The notes under the pieces: model-generated
Database searches by the model: none
The model's input: only the letters and a program-made list of their open reading frames with translations
What the model was told of the DNA's origin: nothing
Translations under genes and position numbers: made by a program
Assembly: GCF_006345805.1 (NCBI RefSeq)
Contig: NW_021832120.1
Location: forward strand, 124,001-188,000
From: Octopus sinensis
Taxonomy: Eukaryota
Direction: 5' to 3'
Length of the DNA: 64,000 nt
Shown here: piece by piece, positions 25,603-39,410 of the stretch
Layout of the letters: the number at the start of each line of letters is the position of its first letter
Position numbering within the stretch: the stretch's first letter is position 1

Positions 25603-25999
25603 AATTAACTGTTGGTGATTCTTTGGTTAAAATAAAAAAAGTATGCCTATATTTTACAATTTTTAAGAACAAAGGATAGTCTCTATCAAATGCAATACCA
25701 CATTTTTCAACAACATTTACCTTAGCTAAATCCTCTGTATATCCCTCATCTCTTTATGGAGAGATTCACACTCTACTCATCGATGTGATATGCATCTACA
25801 AAAATTGTGCAAATAAGGATGGGTTATTTTTAGAGATTTTTACAATTCTGGGAATCGCTAGGCGAAGAATGAAACATGAACTCTTGACTGGAAAATCTAA
25901 CACCGTTAAAAATAATTTTTGTTTTGTAAACAATTTTTGGAAACTTTAAATCAAAAAATCGCATTAAAAGTAGTAAACATTAAACAATAGTTAACATTT

Positions 26000-28335
26000 A
26001 TTCAAAATTTCCTGAGAAACTCCGCTCTATGGATGTTGAATAAATAATATACTTTTTTTTAAGCTTCCGAAAGATTTCAGACTGTTCATAGTCAGATTTT
26101 TTGTCCTAAATGTAAATAAAAAGTATTTCAACCGGAGAAATATAAATATTCCTACTGAAATTCCCACAATCGCAGCTATCCCAATAAATATTCCGAATCC
26201 CATTCCTGCTTTTCGAGCAGTGCTTCCTTTTTAAAATTCAATTTTGATAAAAGAATACTGCTAGTCGAGTAAGTCGAGTCTTTGTCAGAGCACACCGGAA
26301 TTTTATATTCTCCACAATAATCAGTTTTCCACGTTCCATTGTGATTAATGCTGATACAAGCCAGCATTTCATCAATGACATGAGGTTGATGTACATCCAA
26401 TTCGGTGTCATCTAAATCAATTTTTTATGTATACCAATAATGGACCGTCATCATACATTAATATGTTCATATCCCGTTATTCGATTGTTAATGTAAAAAC
26501 TCTGATTTACAATTTCTAAAATCGAATGATAAAATAATTAACGATTATTTATGAAATCTACGACATCTTGAGATGTTGGATTAATGACCTGTTTATTCAT
26601 ACTATCGCATAGCATATGGCCTTCATAAAATGTCATTGGAATTGCAAATAGTATATATTCAGTCCCACCATATTTAACGGCCACTTGATGTGAAGGATTT
26701 ACTAATGTTATAAATAAGGTTTAAACTTGCATTCATGCTTTTACAGTTAGATATTGCATTTGTCCTAATATCTATTACATATTTATTTTTTTAATTATCA
26801 CCTGGATCGTTGTTTCTCACACAGGCATATCTTGAATCTGTGCATAGTCCATTTTCCCATTTCCCTGTTTTATAGTTTTGATAAACGCAAGTGTTATCAG
26901 TATTTTTAATCCAAACTGGATATCCAGGAGCCCAGTTTGTAAAATTCTATTTATTTAATTAATAGTTTTCTACTGAATATGATATATTTAATGGACTCAT
27001 TATCCCGCGAACAAAATATTCTCCAAAATTTAATGCAACCGTATATTCAACATTTTCTTATATAACAATTATTACGCAAAACCAGTAAATAGACAGTTCT
27101 CAAATTCGTTTCTAGGAACATATAGTAGTGCCTTTCTAAATTCACATACTTTTACCGCCTCATTGAAAGGCATTGGAATGTCATAAATATAATAAACGGA
27201 TTCGTTGTAATTGAATATTTGGGCAAAGTAGACTGAGTATTAATAAAATTCATACATTTTAGAAAGGTGCTATTGCATGATGCATATGTTGGATTTTCAT
27301 ATATTGCATCTAAACATTAATTTTAGATCTGGTGACCTGTTTCACAAATTACAAATTTTCTGTTGTTACAATTACTGCTTATAAATTCTCCGTTAGAGAC
27401 TGAACGAGTTACACATTCTTTTGATGTGGGACTGTTGGGAGCCCAAGGCAGATATTTCTATAAACTTATATATTATTATTACAGCAGCATAATTTTTTTC
27501 AGTTGTCATTTTACTATTGAAATTTGTAATTCCAAGAAATACGTCTCCTTTAAGATAATCTAAACAAATGATGCAGAACGATAGTATATATACCATGGAA
27601 AGCACAATTTTCCTCGCCATCATTGGGAATGAATATATATCCATTGTGATCGTTGTTACATATTCGTCTGGCTGTTGAATAAGTCCGATATGCGTAATAG
27701 ATATAGTATGTATGTTTGCGAAATGTAAGAATAGCGTCAGGCTTGACTAAAAAGTTAATTAATAATTTTACTGTTTATCATTTTTGATGAGGTTATATTC
27801 ATTCCTTCAGGAGAAATTGTATCTGTTCAATAATAGTCATTATTTTAACCAGATTCACAGATATAGTAACTTTTTTTCGACCAAGAACGTATTTTAATCC
27901 ATTTACCAGTGTCTGCTTCTAACGAGATTCCTTCAAAGTAATTATAGTTACGCTTGAAGTTTGAATATGTCTTTGATATTACTAGCATAACAAATACCAA
28001 TTCCTTTCCAGTATGCATGCTTATAGGGGCTTCTTTCCAATAGTCAAAATCAACCCCAATATAGTGATTTTCTCTCAAAATACCTTGACATTTAGTTTAT
28101 TAATTACTTTTTAAAACGTCATTTTCTGTTTGATCTGTTATGTCGACTGGATACCAACCTTTCGGGCATGCTTTTTCGTAATCATAGAAATACTTAGTAT
28201 CTACAGATAAGGAATATGAATGTCCAGCAAAGTTATAGATTTCTCCATTTGTAGATTCTAGACTATTGTTCCAATGCTCATAAACCAGTTTTCAGCCAAA
28301 GAAAAAGAATTAAAAGCAGCATCTTTGACAATCAT
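26000..28335 (-). CDS. multi-C-type-lectin-domain membrane receptor (mannose-receptor-like)
   Basis: Repeated CTLD pieces (ACPKGWYPVDITDQTEN, HYIGVDFDYW, ACISINHNGTWKTDYCGEYKIPVCS) and a C-terminal hydrophobic helix GFGIFIGIAAIVGIF. Many short introns; ends approximate. Confidence 0.75.
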
Positions 28336-28712
28336 TTTAACCGTATATATAATTATTTTAATGAGTTTTTAAATTGCTTTAGGTTTTTTGGTTTTATTGA
28401 CTATTGTTAAGAAATCGTTTAAAAATTTTTGTATAATCGGGTTATTATATTTTAAACACGTAGCATCTTTTAGATTAAAAAAATATGTCATTGTTTCCAA
28501 TCACGTAGGCAATTTTATTTTTTAATATAATATGTCGCGAGCGCAGGCGCGACCGAGCGCTAGACGGACTTTGACAGCTAAAGCCTATCATCAACAAAAT
28601 ATTTATTAAATTATTAAAATTTTAACATGATTTAAAAATTAAAATTGAAATAAACTTAAGGTTTCATTGAATCCCATAAAATAATTTATAAGTAGACCTT
28701 AATAGAAAAAGT

Positions 28713-28784
28713 GATCGTCATGTGGTTCACCTTCTCGTGGAGACGATTGGATGCTGATTTCACATCAGCAACAAACAGAACAAC
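28713..28784 (+). ncRNA. HDV-like self-cleaving ribozyme (predicted) at the retroelement 5' end
   Basis: P1 GAUCGUC/GACGAUU (7 bp, G1-U wobble); P2 GUGGUUC/GAACAAC (6 of 7 pairs); P3 ACC/GGA (2 of 3); L3 UUCUCGU; J1/4 GG; P4 UGCUGAU/AUCAGCA; J4/2 ACAAACA. G1 abuts the TSD. Confidence 0.75.
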
Positions 28785-28845
28785 TTTCCCCCTTGCCAAC
28801 CAACCTGTCAACGGTTTGGTTGGTAGTGGCTACGGGACGAGCGCC

Positions 28846-28906
28846 AAGCTTACGTTCCTGACTCTATTGTGATTCGGTGTGGGATGTGGAACAAAACCCT
28901 GGACCT
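28846..28906 (+). other. 2A-like (StopGo) peptide preceding the APE domain
   Basis: DVEQNPGP is in frame with APE. Restoring two single-base deletions gives KLTFLTLLLIRCGDVEQNPGP. Confidence 0.8.
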
Positions 28907-31900
28907 GAGCCTATTAGAACACTAACCATCCTTCAATTGAACATCAACGGGATTTCCAAGAAATGCAATGACCTACGCTACTTTCTACACACGAACTCTA
29001 TTGATATAGCTCTTATTCAAGAGACCAAACTTACTCCAAAATCCCAAACCCCCCGTTTTAAGGGATATTCCACCATTCGTCGTGACCGCCAGTCTGGAAA
29101 GCCTGGCGGTGGTCTCATTACTCTCATTCACGAGGCCATTCCCTTTGCAGACTCAACTGCCAACATTGAATCTCTCTTAACTAATGATCGATTTACCGAA
29201 ATTTCATCTATTCAAATTAACATTAACAAGATATGTTACTCTGTTGTTAACACATATATCCCCCCGAATTCGTCTGTGCTCCCAATATACACCGAACTTA
29301 CTGCCTCTTTTTTCATTGAAAACTGTATTCTATGTGGCGACTTCAACGCCCACCATCCTCTCTGGTTATCCACAAACAAACTGACAAACGTGGCCAGCAA
29401 ATCACAACGGATGCGGAAGAATTGATCACTCTAAACAACCCTCTTCTACACACCGCTGTGCAATGCGACCTGGAGATTCAAACACTTCTCTGACATTACC
29501 TTATGTTCCCCAAAACATCGCCCTCGACGCCAAATGGACAGTTCTGTACGACCTACCAACGGACCACAATCCTATTCTAATCAAAATAAACCATCACCCT
29601 GTAAAGAAGAGAATTACGAAGACCTACATTAACTACAAACGTGGGAAAGGGACTCGTTCAGGAGTGAAACTGAACGTATATTCAGTAATTTTTCTTGCTC
29701 CTCCATTCAATCATTTGACGCTGCCGTTGCTTTCTTTACTAGTACACTTCTTTCTGCGGACAAAAAATTATTCCCCGCGGTTCATCCGAAATCACGGCCT
29801 CCATTTCCCCCACCTATCATTGAACTATTCAAAAAACGAAGGAGGATCAAATCGACGACTTCTATCAATGGAAATGGAGAATCTCTAGCAGAAATCAACA
29901 AACAAATTGACGAATTAATCAAGAAACATAAAACTGACGAATGGAATGATTTTATCACTTCAATAACCCCCAAATACTGGATCCCGTGCTTTCTGGAGAA
30001 CCCTCAAGAAAATTCACACGAGGCAAACATGTCCCCTCTCACATGCCACCGGTATCTCGACCAAAAAATCTGTCCTATCTTTCCAGGATCAAGCCAACAT
30101 CTTAATTCGCCATATGCAAAAATCAGTCACCTTCCTACCCCAAAGGATCTCCGTTTCGTAAGAAAATCACATTATAAGTCAAATGACAATTCTACTGACT
30201 ATATTAACATCCCAGAATCACTTACCAGGCAACTTGTTGTTAACGCGGCGGATTCTAACGCCAGAGGTCCTGATGGCCTTGCCATCCACCACCTAAAAAA
30301 TCTGGGTCCTAATGGCTTTCTGGCTCTGACCAATATAATCGAATACTCGATCAACCACGGTCTGGTTCCTATGCTTTGGAAGAAATTACCATCATCCCTA
30401 TCCCAAAGCCAAATCGTGATACCTCTGACCCCTCCTCTTTTCGACCTATCTCTTTGATCTCAGTGGTTTCAAAAATAACAGAGCGAGTTGTATTGAGCAT
30501 CATAAAACCTTTCCTCCCATTTGCTGAATCTCAACATGGCTTTCGTTCTTTGCATTCCACTTCCACCCATCTTTCAAAATGACACAATTCATTGCGGATG
30601 GGTTTCAACAATCATAAGCCACCTCAAAGAACAATTATTGCATCCATCGACATTGAAAAGGCATTTGACAGAACGTCAAGACACGTTCTGTGTAGGAAAA
30701 TAACCGATACGGAATTCCCCACCCAAATAAAGTCATGGCTACTCTCTTTTCTCTCTGGGCGTCTTGGTCGCACCACAATCATGTCTTCTTACTCACGCTA
30801 CAAATACTTGCCTAACGGAGTTCCCCAAGGCTCGGTCCTTTCACCTGCCTTATTTAACTTACATCTGTCAAATATCCCGACGAACAATAATACTCTACTT
30901 CTCTCCTACGCTGATGACTAATTTTTGCCTCCCGCCACCAAAACATAATCACCGCTTCTGGATTTCTGCAGGAACACATAACACTCTTTCGTCCTGGCTG
31001 AAATGCAATCTTCTTCAACCTTCTCCTTCCAAATCATCTGTTACGCTATTCACAACTGACCGCGTCAGTTCAACTTAGAGCCTAAAACTATTCCTAGACA
31101 ACACTCCACTCCCAGTTGAAAAATCCCCCAAAATCTTGGGTCTGAATTTGATTGCTGTTTGTCCTTCTCGAAACATGTTTCATATATCTGTGGAAAATCC
31201 CAGAAAAAACTCAATGTGCTCCGAGCTATTGCGGGGACTTCATTTGGGAGGATAAGGAAAGTCTAACAACTGTATACAAGCAGTTTATTAGAACAACTAT
31301 GAACTACGCCATCCCTGCTTGGGGTTCCTGCTTATCTATACAAACCTTGAAAACTTCAGAGAACTCAAAACTCAGCATTACGAATTATTACCGGCTGTCT
31401 AAAAACGACACCTACCGACCACCTACATTGGGAATCGAAAATCCTTCCAATCAGTGACCATTTTGAAATGCTCGGGCTGCAATTTCTTGACAAATGCCGA
31501 ACCCTAAATCACCCTGGCTACTTCCTCTGGCACTCCACTAACAACAGGAGAATAGTTCCGACCCTCGCGGACAAAGTCCGCAAGCTTTACGATCCCCTCC
31601 GGACATTAACCAGAAGGGGATTCACGACCTGGTGGCTACGAGGGCAATCAGATGTCTTGGAATAAAACAAGCTTCTGGGACGCCTCCGCCGCCAATTAAT
31701 AAGATCGAATCCTCCCTCTCAAGAGAAGCCCGAGTGAACTTGGCTCGCCTCCGCTGTGGCCACCATATGGCCTACACGATTATCGCATAAAAATCGGTCT
31801 TGGTGAAATAACCCCTTCCTTCCCTCAACGACCCTTTCTCCTGTCCAGGCCGCCTTCTACTTCCTCGGAACACCGGATCACGATCGGGGATCTTTGGGAG

Positions 31901-32479
31901 CGTCCGACATTGGCCCTAACGTTCTTGTTAGCACCGGCTTCCTTCAATTGAAGGGGCGGGGGGGTAAATAAATAAATAAAAAATAAATAATAGAAAAAGT
32001 AAAATCAATGAATACTGAACGCTAATTGGGTGTAGGTTGGTGAGGGGGGTAATTAATTGAGATCTCATTGTTATTTTTTGTTTTAACTCTAAAATTAGTC
32101 TTCTCATCAAAAATGAACTGTGCTGAACGGCGTGCTCCTTCAGAAGATCTTGTTTTGACAATTTTAATAATATGAAGCATTTAGAGTTTTTTCATTATTC
32201 TAAAATATCAATTATAAATTTTAAAATATTATTTTTATTTATGAAATCGGTTTTAAAGCTCATTCTGCTTTGGCATCGATTTTAATTTTTGTTATCGAAT
32301 ATATTTAATCCCAAATACAAGCCTAGGTATTTGTTCAATTTATAGATTTTTTGATTGATCGGATCTAGAAATTGAGTGGTCGCTCGCTGCGCTCTGTTCG
32401 CTCGTGCGCTCCGCGACATAATATGTTGCGGTTTTGTATTTTTTTTATTTTTTTAAATAATATTTTTTTATTCAAGCAC

Positions 32480-35200
32480 CAAATGAATCAATTAAGTATT
32501 AATTAAAGTATAATTTTCTCAATCTGTTCATTACTTCCTCTATTTGATATTCCCTCAGGTAAGGATGCCAGCCTCTGTCCTTGAAAGTGCTGCCAGCAGT
32601 GGCGAAGTTATGGTCATATCTATTTGTCGATAAATAACTTTTATTCTTTTGTCCAGTTCGAGAGTCCTTTGGCATGGCTCCATTCTGTCCTATGGAAACA
32701 ATCATGCTCTCAAAGGTTTTTTTGATAGTGACAATTTAAACAAATGGGCTTGTTATGTCTAGTATTATGTCTGTTTTAATGAAGGTGTCCACTTTGATTT
32801 CGACAACTCATAACAGACACAGTTTGTACAGAGTGAGTTTTCAGCTTCTTCTCATTCTTGAGTCCGAATTCACACATAAATGAAAATGAATACACCTACT
32901 ACTCATTATGCCTTCTGACATAGTCCCCCTGGTAGGCACAGTGGTCGACAGTCTTCTTCCATTTCATACAGTGTGGACACATTAAATTGTGGTCTGCGAA
33001 GAATAAATTTCTATCCTGAGAGAAGACGAACAAGCCTTCTGACCGTGGAGAATTATTGCCTCTGGCTAGCAGTGACTGGAATCTTCAACCTTCACGAAAT
33101 CTTCCTTAGAATTTTATAGAAAATTGAGTGAAGACTTTTTGAAAAGGTCTGATCCAGTAGGCGCATGTATCGCATCTGACAACAGTTTTTTTTCCAGTAA
33201 AAGTGAATCTTCCAAAGAATATTTGTGCTTCAAGTATTCTTCAATAGTGGCCAGATGAGTTTTTTCAAACATTTCGGCATATGAAGAATCGAGAAGCTTC
33301 TTTTGCAAGCACCACTTGTGCGTTTTAGTCCAAAAGGAGTCCAAGGAGCATACTTTCCATTAGAAAAGAAATTGAGCGTATCCTCTCCCAAAATTCTTAC
33401 AAGGGAGATATAATCTCTGTTTGTTTGCTGGTCGGAGGTGTATTCTGTATTCAGTTAATTTTGATCGGATTGTATCGTCTACCATTTCGAATTCAAATGG
33501 CTCAATATCAACTAGTCCGATGTAATGATTCACCTCTTCCATCATTTTGACAATAACATTTTCACTCTTCGAAACAAGTTTCAAATCATCAATGAAAAGA
33601 AGATGATTGGTCGGAAAACGGTGTCCTGTGATCTGATTTCTCGCCCCATAGAGACCTTCGGGAACTTATAAGATAATAGGCGGCTCAGTGGGTCCAACAC
33701 AAGGACAAACAGCATAGGTGACAAACTGTCTCCTTGGAGGATTCCCCGTTCAATTCGCACATCTCGAATATATTTGTTATTTAGTCTGAGTTTGACACTC
33801 CATTTAGTAATCAGCGACTCGACAAATTTTACAATCCATCCAGGTATCTCAGACTTTTCCAAAAATTTGTAATAGAAAAGAATGATCCACTGAGTCAAAT
33901 GCTTTTTTAACATCAATCCATGCAGAGTGTAGCTTGTATCGTTTGTATCTGTTGATATCTTGTTAACTATTGCTTGCTCTTTGCACCTTGGCATATTCTC
34001 CTCGTCCCAATTGGTTTTCTGAGAGGAGGTCGTAGCTTCCACATATTCACAAAGTTTGGGTATTACACTTAGTCATCAGTTTATAGAGAGACGGCATACA
34101 TGTTATAGGCCGCAATTCTTGGAGACCTGGGATCTTCGCACTTTGGGATCAGTGTTGTGACCCTGTATAGAACCAATTTCCAGGAATGGTTTTTTCACTA
34201 ATGACATTAGGATTTGCTGAAAGATTGAATCATGAAGTTATGTAAACTTCTTCAAGAAGAAATTATAGACTCCATCACAGCCTGGGGCTTTCCAATTTGG
34301 CAAATATTTAACTGTCTCTTCAAATAAACACTTTTGGACCTCGGCTGATACGCCTTCCACTCCAGTCATCCTCTTCTCAATTGTCTCACCAATCAACTGT
34401 TTTTTTCGCCACATGTTCTCCCAGTATATTCCACATTCTTCATCATCCACTGAGATGACGTTTTTAGTACTGTTTTCTTTAAGACCTCTGTAGAAAGCTT
34501 TCCGATTAAATTCAAATTTTTGATTATCTAGTCGAAATCCTTTTCTCGTTTCATGTGTAGCTAACTTTTTTTGGATAACCGCAATTTTTCATTAATAAAA
34601 GAGATTATTCTCGCTCTCTCTCCAGAGTTTTTCTTTTTATATCCAACCAGAGATAATGCATGGCATGCAAGTGGTTTTTCTTCAGCCGCAAGAGTTTTCG
34701 CAAAAAAGTTTTCAATATAGCCCAGTTTTATTTTCCATTGCCAATTTTGCTCTCCACATTATTTTTCCACAGAGACTTTTCAAAATTCTTCGTGCTCAAT
34801 ATTTGATAACACACTTGTCAGCGTAAACAATTGTTGAAATCTGATCCATTGAATTAGGGGGATTCTCTTTGATATATGCAGCTACTACACGATTCAGACA
34901 CTCCAGTAAAGGAAACTTTAGTTTTGAATAGGGAATCTTTTTTGTACATGGTCGAAGGGAATGATCAATCAACAATATTTCTTCCAACTGTTGCATAAAT
35001 GTCAATTTACAACAAGAGAACAGTTTTGCATCTTAGTGGTTGAATTTTGCCTTTTATGCACATACTCAAGCTTTTTATATTCCGACAAAGAAATTGCATC
35101 TCCAAATTTTGAGTTAAAACCCTCCAATATGACGCTCCATCCACCCCTAGGGACAGTCCCATCCTCGAACGGATAGCTTCGTGAATTGAAATTGCCCACT
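32480..35200 (-). mobile_element. decayed R4/Dong-like RLE non-LTR retrotransposon
   Basis: WKAPGCDGVYNFF, RGILQGDSLSPMLFVLVLDPLS, FIDDLKL, CPHC..KKTVDH, DYVRRHNE. Many stops and frameshifts. Confidence 0.85.
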
Positions 35201-35899
35201 GTTTTCTATCTTCAATATTAATAGAGGAAATAATGGCTTTAAGGGCATTTATTTTCGTGTTCGTTTCCAGACAGGGGGGTCTTGAATTTTCAATAACAGA
35301 ACGAGTCTGGACATCCTCCTTGGCCGTTCTTTTTCTTTTTAAAGGTTTATGTTATTTCGGCTCTGCAGTCCAAATGTTCAGTACCAGAAGAATCAAGCAC
35401 AACCATCCACAACAAACACGTGTTAATAATAATCGGTTTTGTATAATTATATTTCGGTGTAATTTTTATCAGATTTAATATTTTATTCTGTATTGTCGGG
35501 TTAATCTTGTTTTTTGACAAGAAATTATAGTAAAAATATTTTTATTTGATTTAAAATAATATAATACTTTTAGTATGTTGGATTTTCAAGAAAAATTAAC
35601 TCTGTTAAAAAAATAAAATTCCATTTGCAAATATGACTTTAAATTAAGCAGCCAAATTTCTGGCATCTACAAAAATGAGAGTAACAAATTGAAAAACAAA
35701 AAATATTTTGGACAAATAATGCAAATAAATATCAAATTTGTAACTAATGTAAAAGATTGGGCAAGTTATTTTTATAATTTTGACACACCCTCGTCTACTT
35801 TTTAATAGTATTCGACATTGAATAATATTAAGCATGATATAGTTCATAAGTAAAAATTAGAATTATTATTCATTATTGTTTCTTTTCCTTGTAGAATAC

Positions 35900-36100
35900 C
35901 TACTCCGTTGATTAGTCACGTTTCGATACTTCTCTTTGTATTGTAGAAATAAAGCCGACTCCTCTGGCAGGTCAACTGACACTCCCAAATCCTTTCATCT
36001 ATCAATAAGAATGTTCGTTTCTTCTGCAACTTGATGGTAGTTAATCTTCTTGTCATGTCGTCTTAGTCGAGAAATCTATATTCAACTTTTTCATTTAGGA
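35900..36100 (-). pseudogene. LINE RT fragment (CR1/L2-like)
   Basis: Minus strand ...KDLGVSVD motif; heavily decayed. Confidence 0.3.
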
Positions 36101-36689
36101 CTTATAGTCACTGGTTCATCTCATTTCAGTACGACAAAAACTATCGTGACTTTTGCCTTCTGTATCTGTGCCAATTTTCCAGAAAATTGATTATACTTGT
36201 GGAATTAATTACTTGCCTTAAGTCGTCTTAGGATGTGATTCCGACTTGGATTATTGTTATCCTATTTTTTGTTTTATCAAGCATAAAAATGTCTGTCTTG
36301 TTGTTTGTGATTTGACTATCAGTTTTCAACGTCGTATCTACTCTTATTTCAACGACTATTTATCACGATCGACTGAAATGTATGTGCTTTTAATTTTCTT
36401 CATTCCACATTGACGACATATATGTAAATGTACGCACCTAATTATTTCATTATGCTTTCACATCTCTTCAAAAAATTACGATCCTAGACTAAGCAATATA
36501 GTTATGGCCTCTGGACCATTTTTTTCCATTAGTTATCAATACGTTAGAGTTCTCAATATCAACACGTAGTTTTTGACTGTAATTAAAGAGGGTTGAATGA
36601 AGCGGTTTTTATTTAATGAGATTTATTAGTTTTTTAGTAGGCATATAAAACGTAACGTAATTATAAATTATATGGATAAACTATATATT

Positions 36690-36960
36690 GAAAAATCTAC
36701 AATGACATACATCCAATCGGTTGTGCTCAAAAGGACGCTAGAGCATGATAATTGAACACAAACATGGAATGAAGATAACTGGCGAGGAATATACCTCTGC
36801 GACCGACCAACTAGTAGAAATGGCATGCCGCCAGGACATTCCATTCAAAGATAAAAGACGCACAGCAACTGACGCAGATATAGAGAGTGAAGAGAAACAA
36901 GCAGCAGACTCTTCTCCTAAAAGGAGAAGAGAGACTACCAATCAGGATTGAAAGTCCTAA
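36690..36960 (+). mobile_element. 3' stub of R4-like retroelement
   Basis: TYIQSVVLKRTLE...IEHKHG resembles the C-terminus of R4-like elements. Confidence 0.4.
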
Positions 36961-38596
36961 TTAAATATTTTAATCTTAATTAATTAAATTTTGGTTTCAT
37001 TACACAAAAATAAAACGTAATTAACTTAAACAATGTTAGTAAGTAAACCACAATGAAATTTTTATTAATTCGGATGGGACGTCATAGACTTCCCCGTCTT
37101 TACAGCCAAGTCAGTAAAAAATTAAAAAACAAAAGAAACTCATTCATCTCTCAATTTTGAATTAATTCGAATAACTAAATTGGCTGGCACAAGCAAAAGC
37201 TTAGGCCTCTGATTTTTTTTGAATTAAATTTGTTAATTTGTCGGAATAGAATTTGGATGTTCAGATTATTCCACACACCCTCAGAGTTGTCAAGAATGTG
37301 ATTAAGCTGTCTCCAAATCCAACACTTCCCTACAGATCAAAATCGGAAAGTACTGCGAGTGGGGGAAATCAAAGTCAGAAAAAAATAAATTGCATGTCGG
37401 AAGAATGCCTCATTCTGACAATGGTTGCCCGCTCACTCACATTCTGATTGTCAACAAGAGGAAGCTGAAGGGATCAAATAAAATTGACGGCTACAAGTCC
37501 TAAGAACTTATATCGTTCGAACTGCTTACACCCGTTGGCTGGGTTAATATCGAAAGATAGGAAGTCACCAAATCCAGCAATCATTGAGATGTTCCAATGT
37601 GGGGTCAAAACCAGTTAAAAATTGAAATCGACAATCTCAAGACGATGATAGTAGAAATGGGTAAGAAGAAAATAGAAAAATCATGGATAAGAGAAATCCG
37701 AATTTTTAGAAGGCGTATAGTCCAAAGAAATCTGAACAACACAGAAGGAAAAGGCGACAATATTGTATTAACGGGACAAAATGGAAAGTATTTGTTCCGG
37801 ATGAACTAAGAATGCAGCTGGGAAAAACCCAACAAGTCGAACCTGCATCTCGTTTTATGTTCGAAAGCCGAAATACAAATAAAGTGGTTCTTAAAACAAA
37901 TGTCTTTCGAATAATAAGTTCACTTTGGCCTGATTCATTATCCAAGGTTAAAAGAAAAGATGAAAAGGGAGGATTTAACATCATATAAGGTATAAAATAA
38001 AATGTCGGATATGTCCATTAGAGAGAACCCTGTATGGGGAGGCATGCCAGAGGAAGAAGAAATATGTTAGAAATTGAAAAAATAAAACGATTAAAATACA
38101 CAAAATTTTCAAAAAAAAAAAATATTTAAAAATAGCAGATTAAAAAAATAAAATCAAAAAAGTGAAAAAAAACAGATCAGAGGAATAAAATCAAAAAATA
38201 TTTCAAAAATGATGGAATTTCAGTTAACTTAATCAGTAAAAGAAACTGCATCACGAAATATTCCTTTTGAATCCAATTAAATAAAAAAATTAATATAGAG
38301 TATAATAAAAACAACAAGAACAAAATAAAAATAACACGTGTGAAAATTTATTAAAATTTAATTAAAAATTCATCTAATTAAACAATTCTTAATTAAAAAT
38401 AAAATTAATTTATATTAAAAAAGACAAACTAAAAGTTTACCAAAGGCCACCAGTAGCTCCAAAGCTGCAACTTTAAAATCACGTGTCGATTATTTTTAAA
38501 TAATAAACATGTGAATTAAAAATGGAATAAATTTACATTTTCAAAAAACAATATAGGGTATAAATATTTATTTTAAATTTAAATAAATACAATTAC

Positions 38597-39195
38597 ATGC
38601 ATAATGCAATTCGGGTTCTTGTGAGGACGACTCGAACAAATAACCTCCAATTGTTCAGGCAATACAACGATTCCAAACACATTGAACACAACTCTGGACT
38701 ACACGTGACAATAATCAACCAAACCGACAGCAAATATATTTTTGTGGACGCAATTACAAAATATGGCTTCAGACTCTCCACAGGCATCCACGTCTGTGGT
38801 CCCTGCGTCATATTCCCTAAGCACATATTCCACTGGAACGTCTGCTCCCCCTCAGACGTCAAAACCACCAAACTTTCCCTCTTTCAGTGCATTTTCCCGC
38901 GCCCAGGTGCCCAATATGACTTATCAGAGATGTCCTGTTGGTAGGACTGCCTGAGATATGTCAACAGGAAGTGTCCAGACAAGTACAAAGGCTGGGAATC
39001 AATTTTGAGGTCCTTTCACCTGTATTTGTTGAGTTCACGTGACCGTAGGAGAATGCAGTGAGTGCTTTCAACTTTATGAATTCTGAGAGGAGATTTGTAG
39101 CCTGTGCTGTGATTCCGCCTGATCTGGATGCTGTGTCTGTTGAGGACATTAAAGCGATCTCGAATATTAAAAAAATTGGTGATTTTGATGATTGA
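38597..39195 (+). CDS. NDUFAF3: complex I assembly factor NDUFAF3 (Mth938-like)
   Basis: FVDAITKYGFRLSTGIHVCGPCVIFPKHIFHWNV...PRP|DVLLVG...LGINFEVLSP|ENAVSAFNFMNSERRFVACAVIPP. Intron 38907-38929 plus one more. Confidence 0.88.
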
Positions 39196-39410
39196 TGTTT
39201 ATTTTTTGAGAATTTTTTTGAAATCTCACTATATAAGGTCACTTTGATAGATTTTATTGTATTGGAGGTTAATCAGTATATTAAGTTAATATAAATATAA
39301 AGTTTTAATAAATAAAAAAAAGTATTTTATGATTAAAACAAATAGGTCATTAAAATAATATAAAGTGACATGTAATCAATACATCGATCCGGGTTGTCCG
39401 TGGCGTTGTC

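Larger units (their letters stand above)
28713..31987 (+). mobile_element. full-length Ingi/Vingi-like APE-RT non-LTR retrotransposon (frameshifted)
   Basis: 13-bp TSD taatagaaaaagt (28700-28712, 31988-32000); (TAAA)n tail; APE domain (ILQLNING, ALIQET, LCGDFNAHHPLW, TDHNPI); RT motifs (FRPISL, SQHGFR, IDIEKAFD, GVPQGSVLSP, YADD). Confidence 0.93.
28533..32418. mobile_element. Ginger-like non-autonomous element hosting a LINE insertion
   Basis: TGTCGCGAGCGC... and ...GCGCTCCGCGACA ends; 5-bp TSD taata (28528-28532, 32419-32423). About 240 bp of the right arm is near-identical to the element at 61011-61860. Confidence 0.85.

Noticed and set aside
37060-37990. Short + ORFs possibly from an LTR or R4-like element; stem at 37088-37101 tested as a second HDV-like ribozyme
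   Set aside because: No recognisable protein motif, and no P1/P2 pairing could be built for the ribozyme.
38593-39242. Minus-strand ORFs 38593-38871 and 38961-39242
   Set aside because: Antisense shadows of the NDUFAF3 gene on +.
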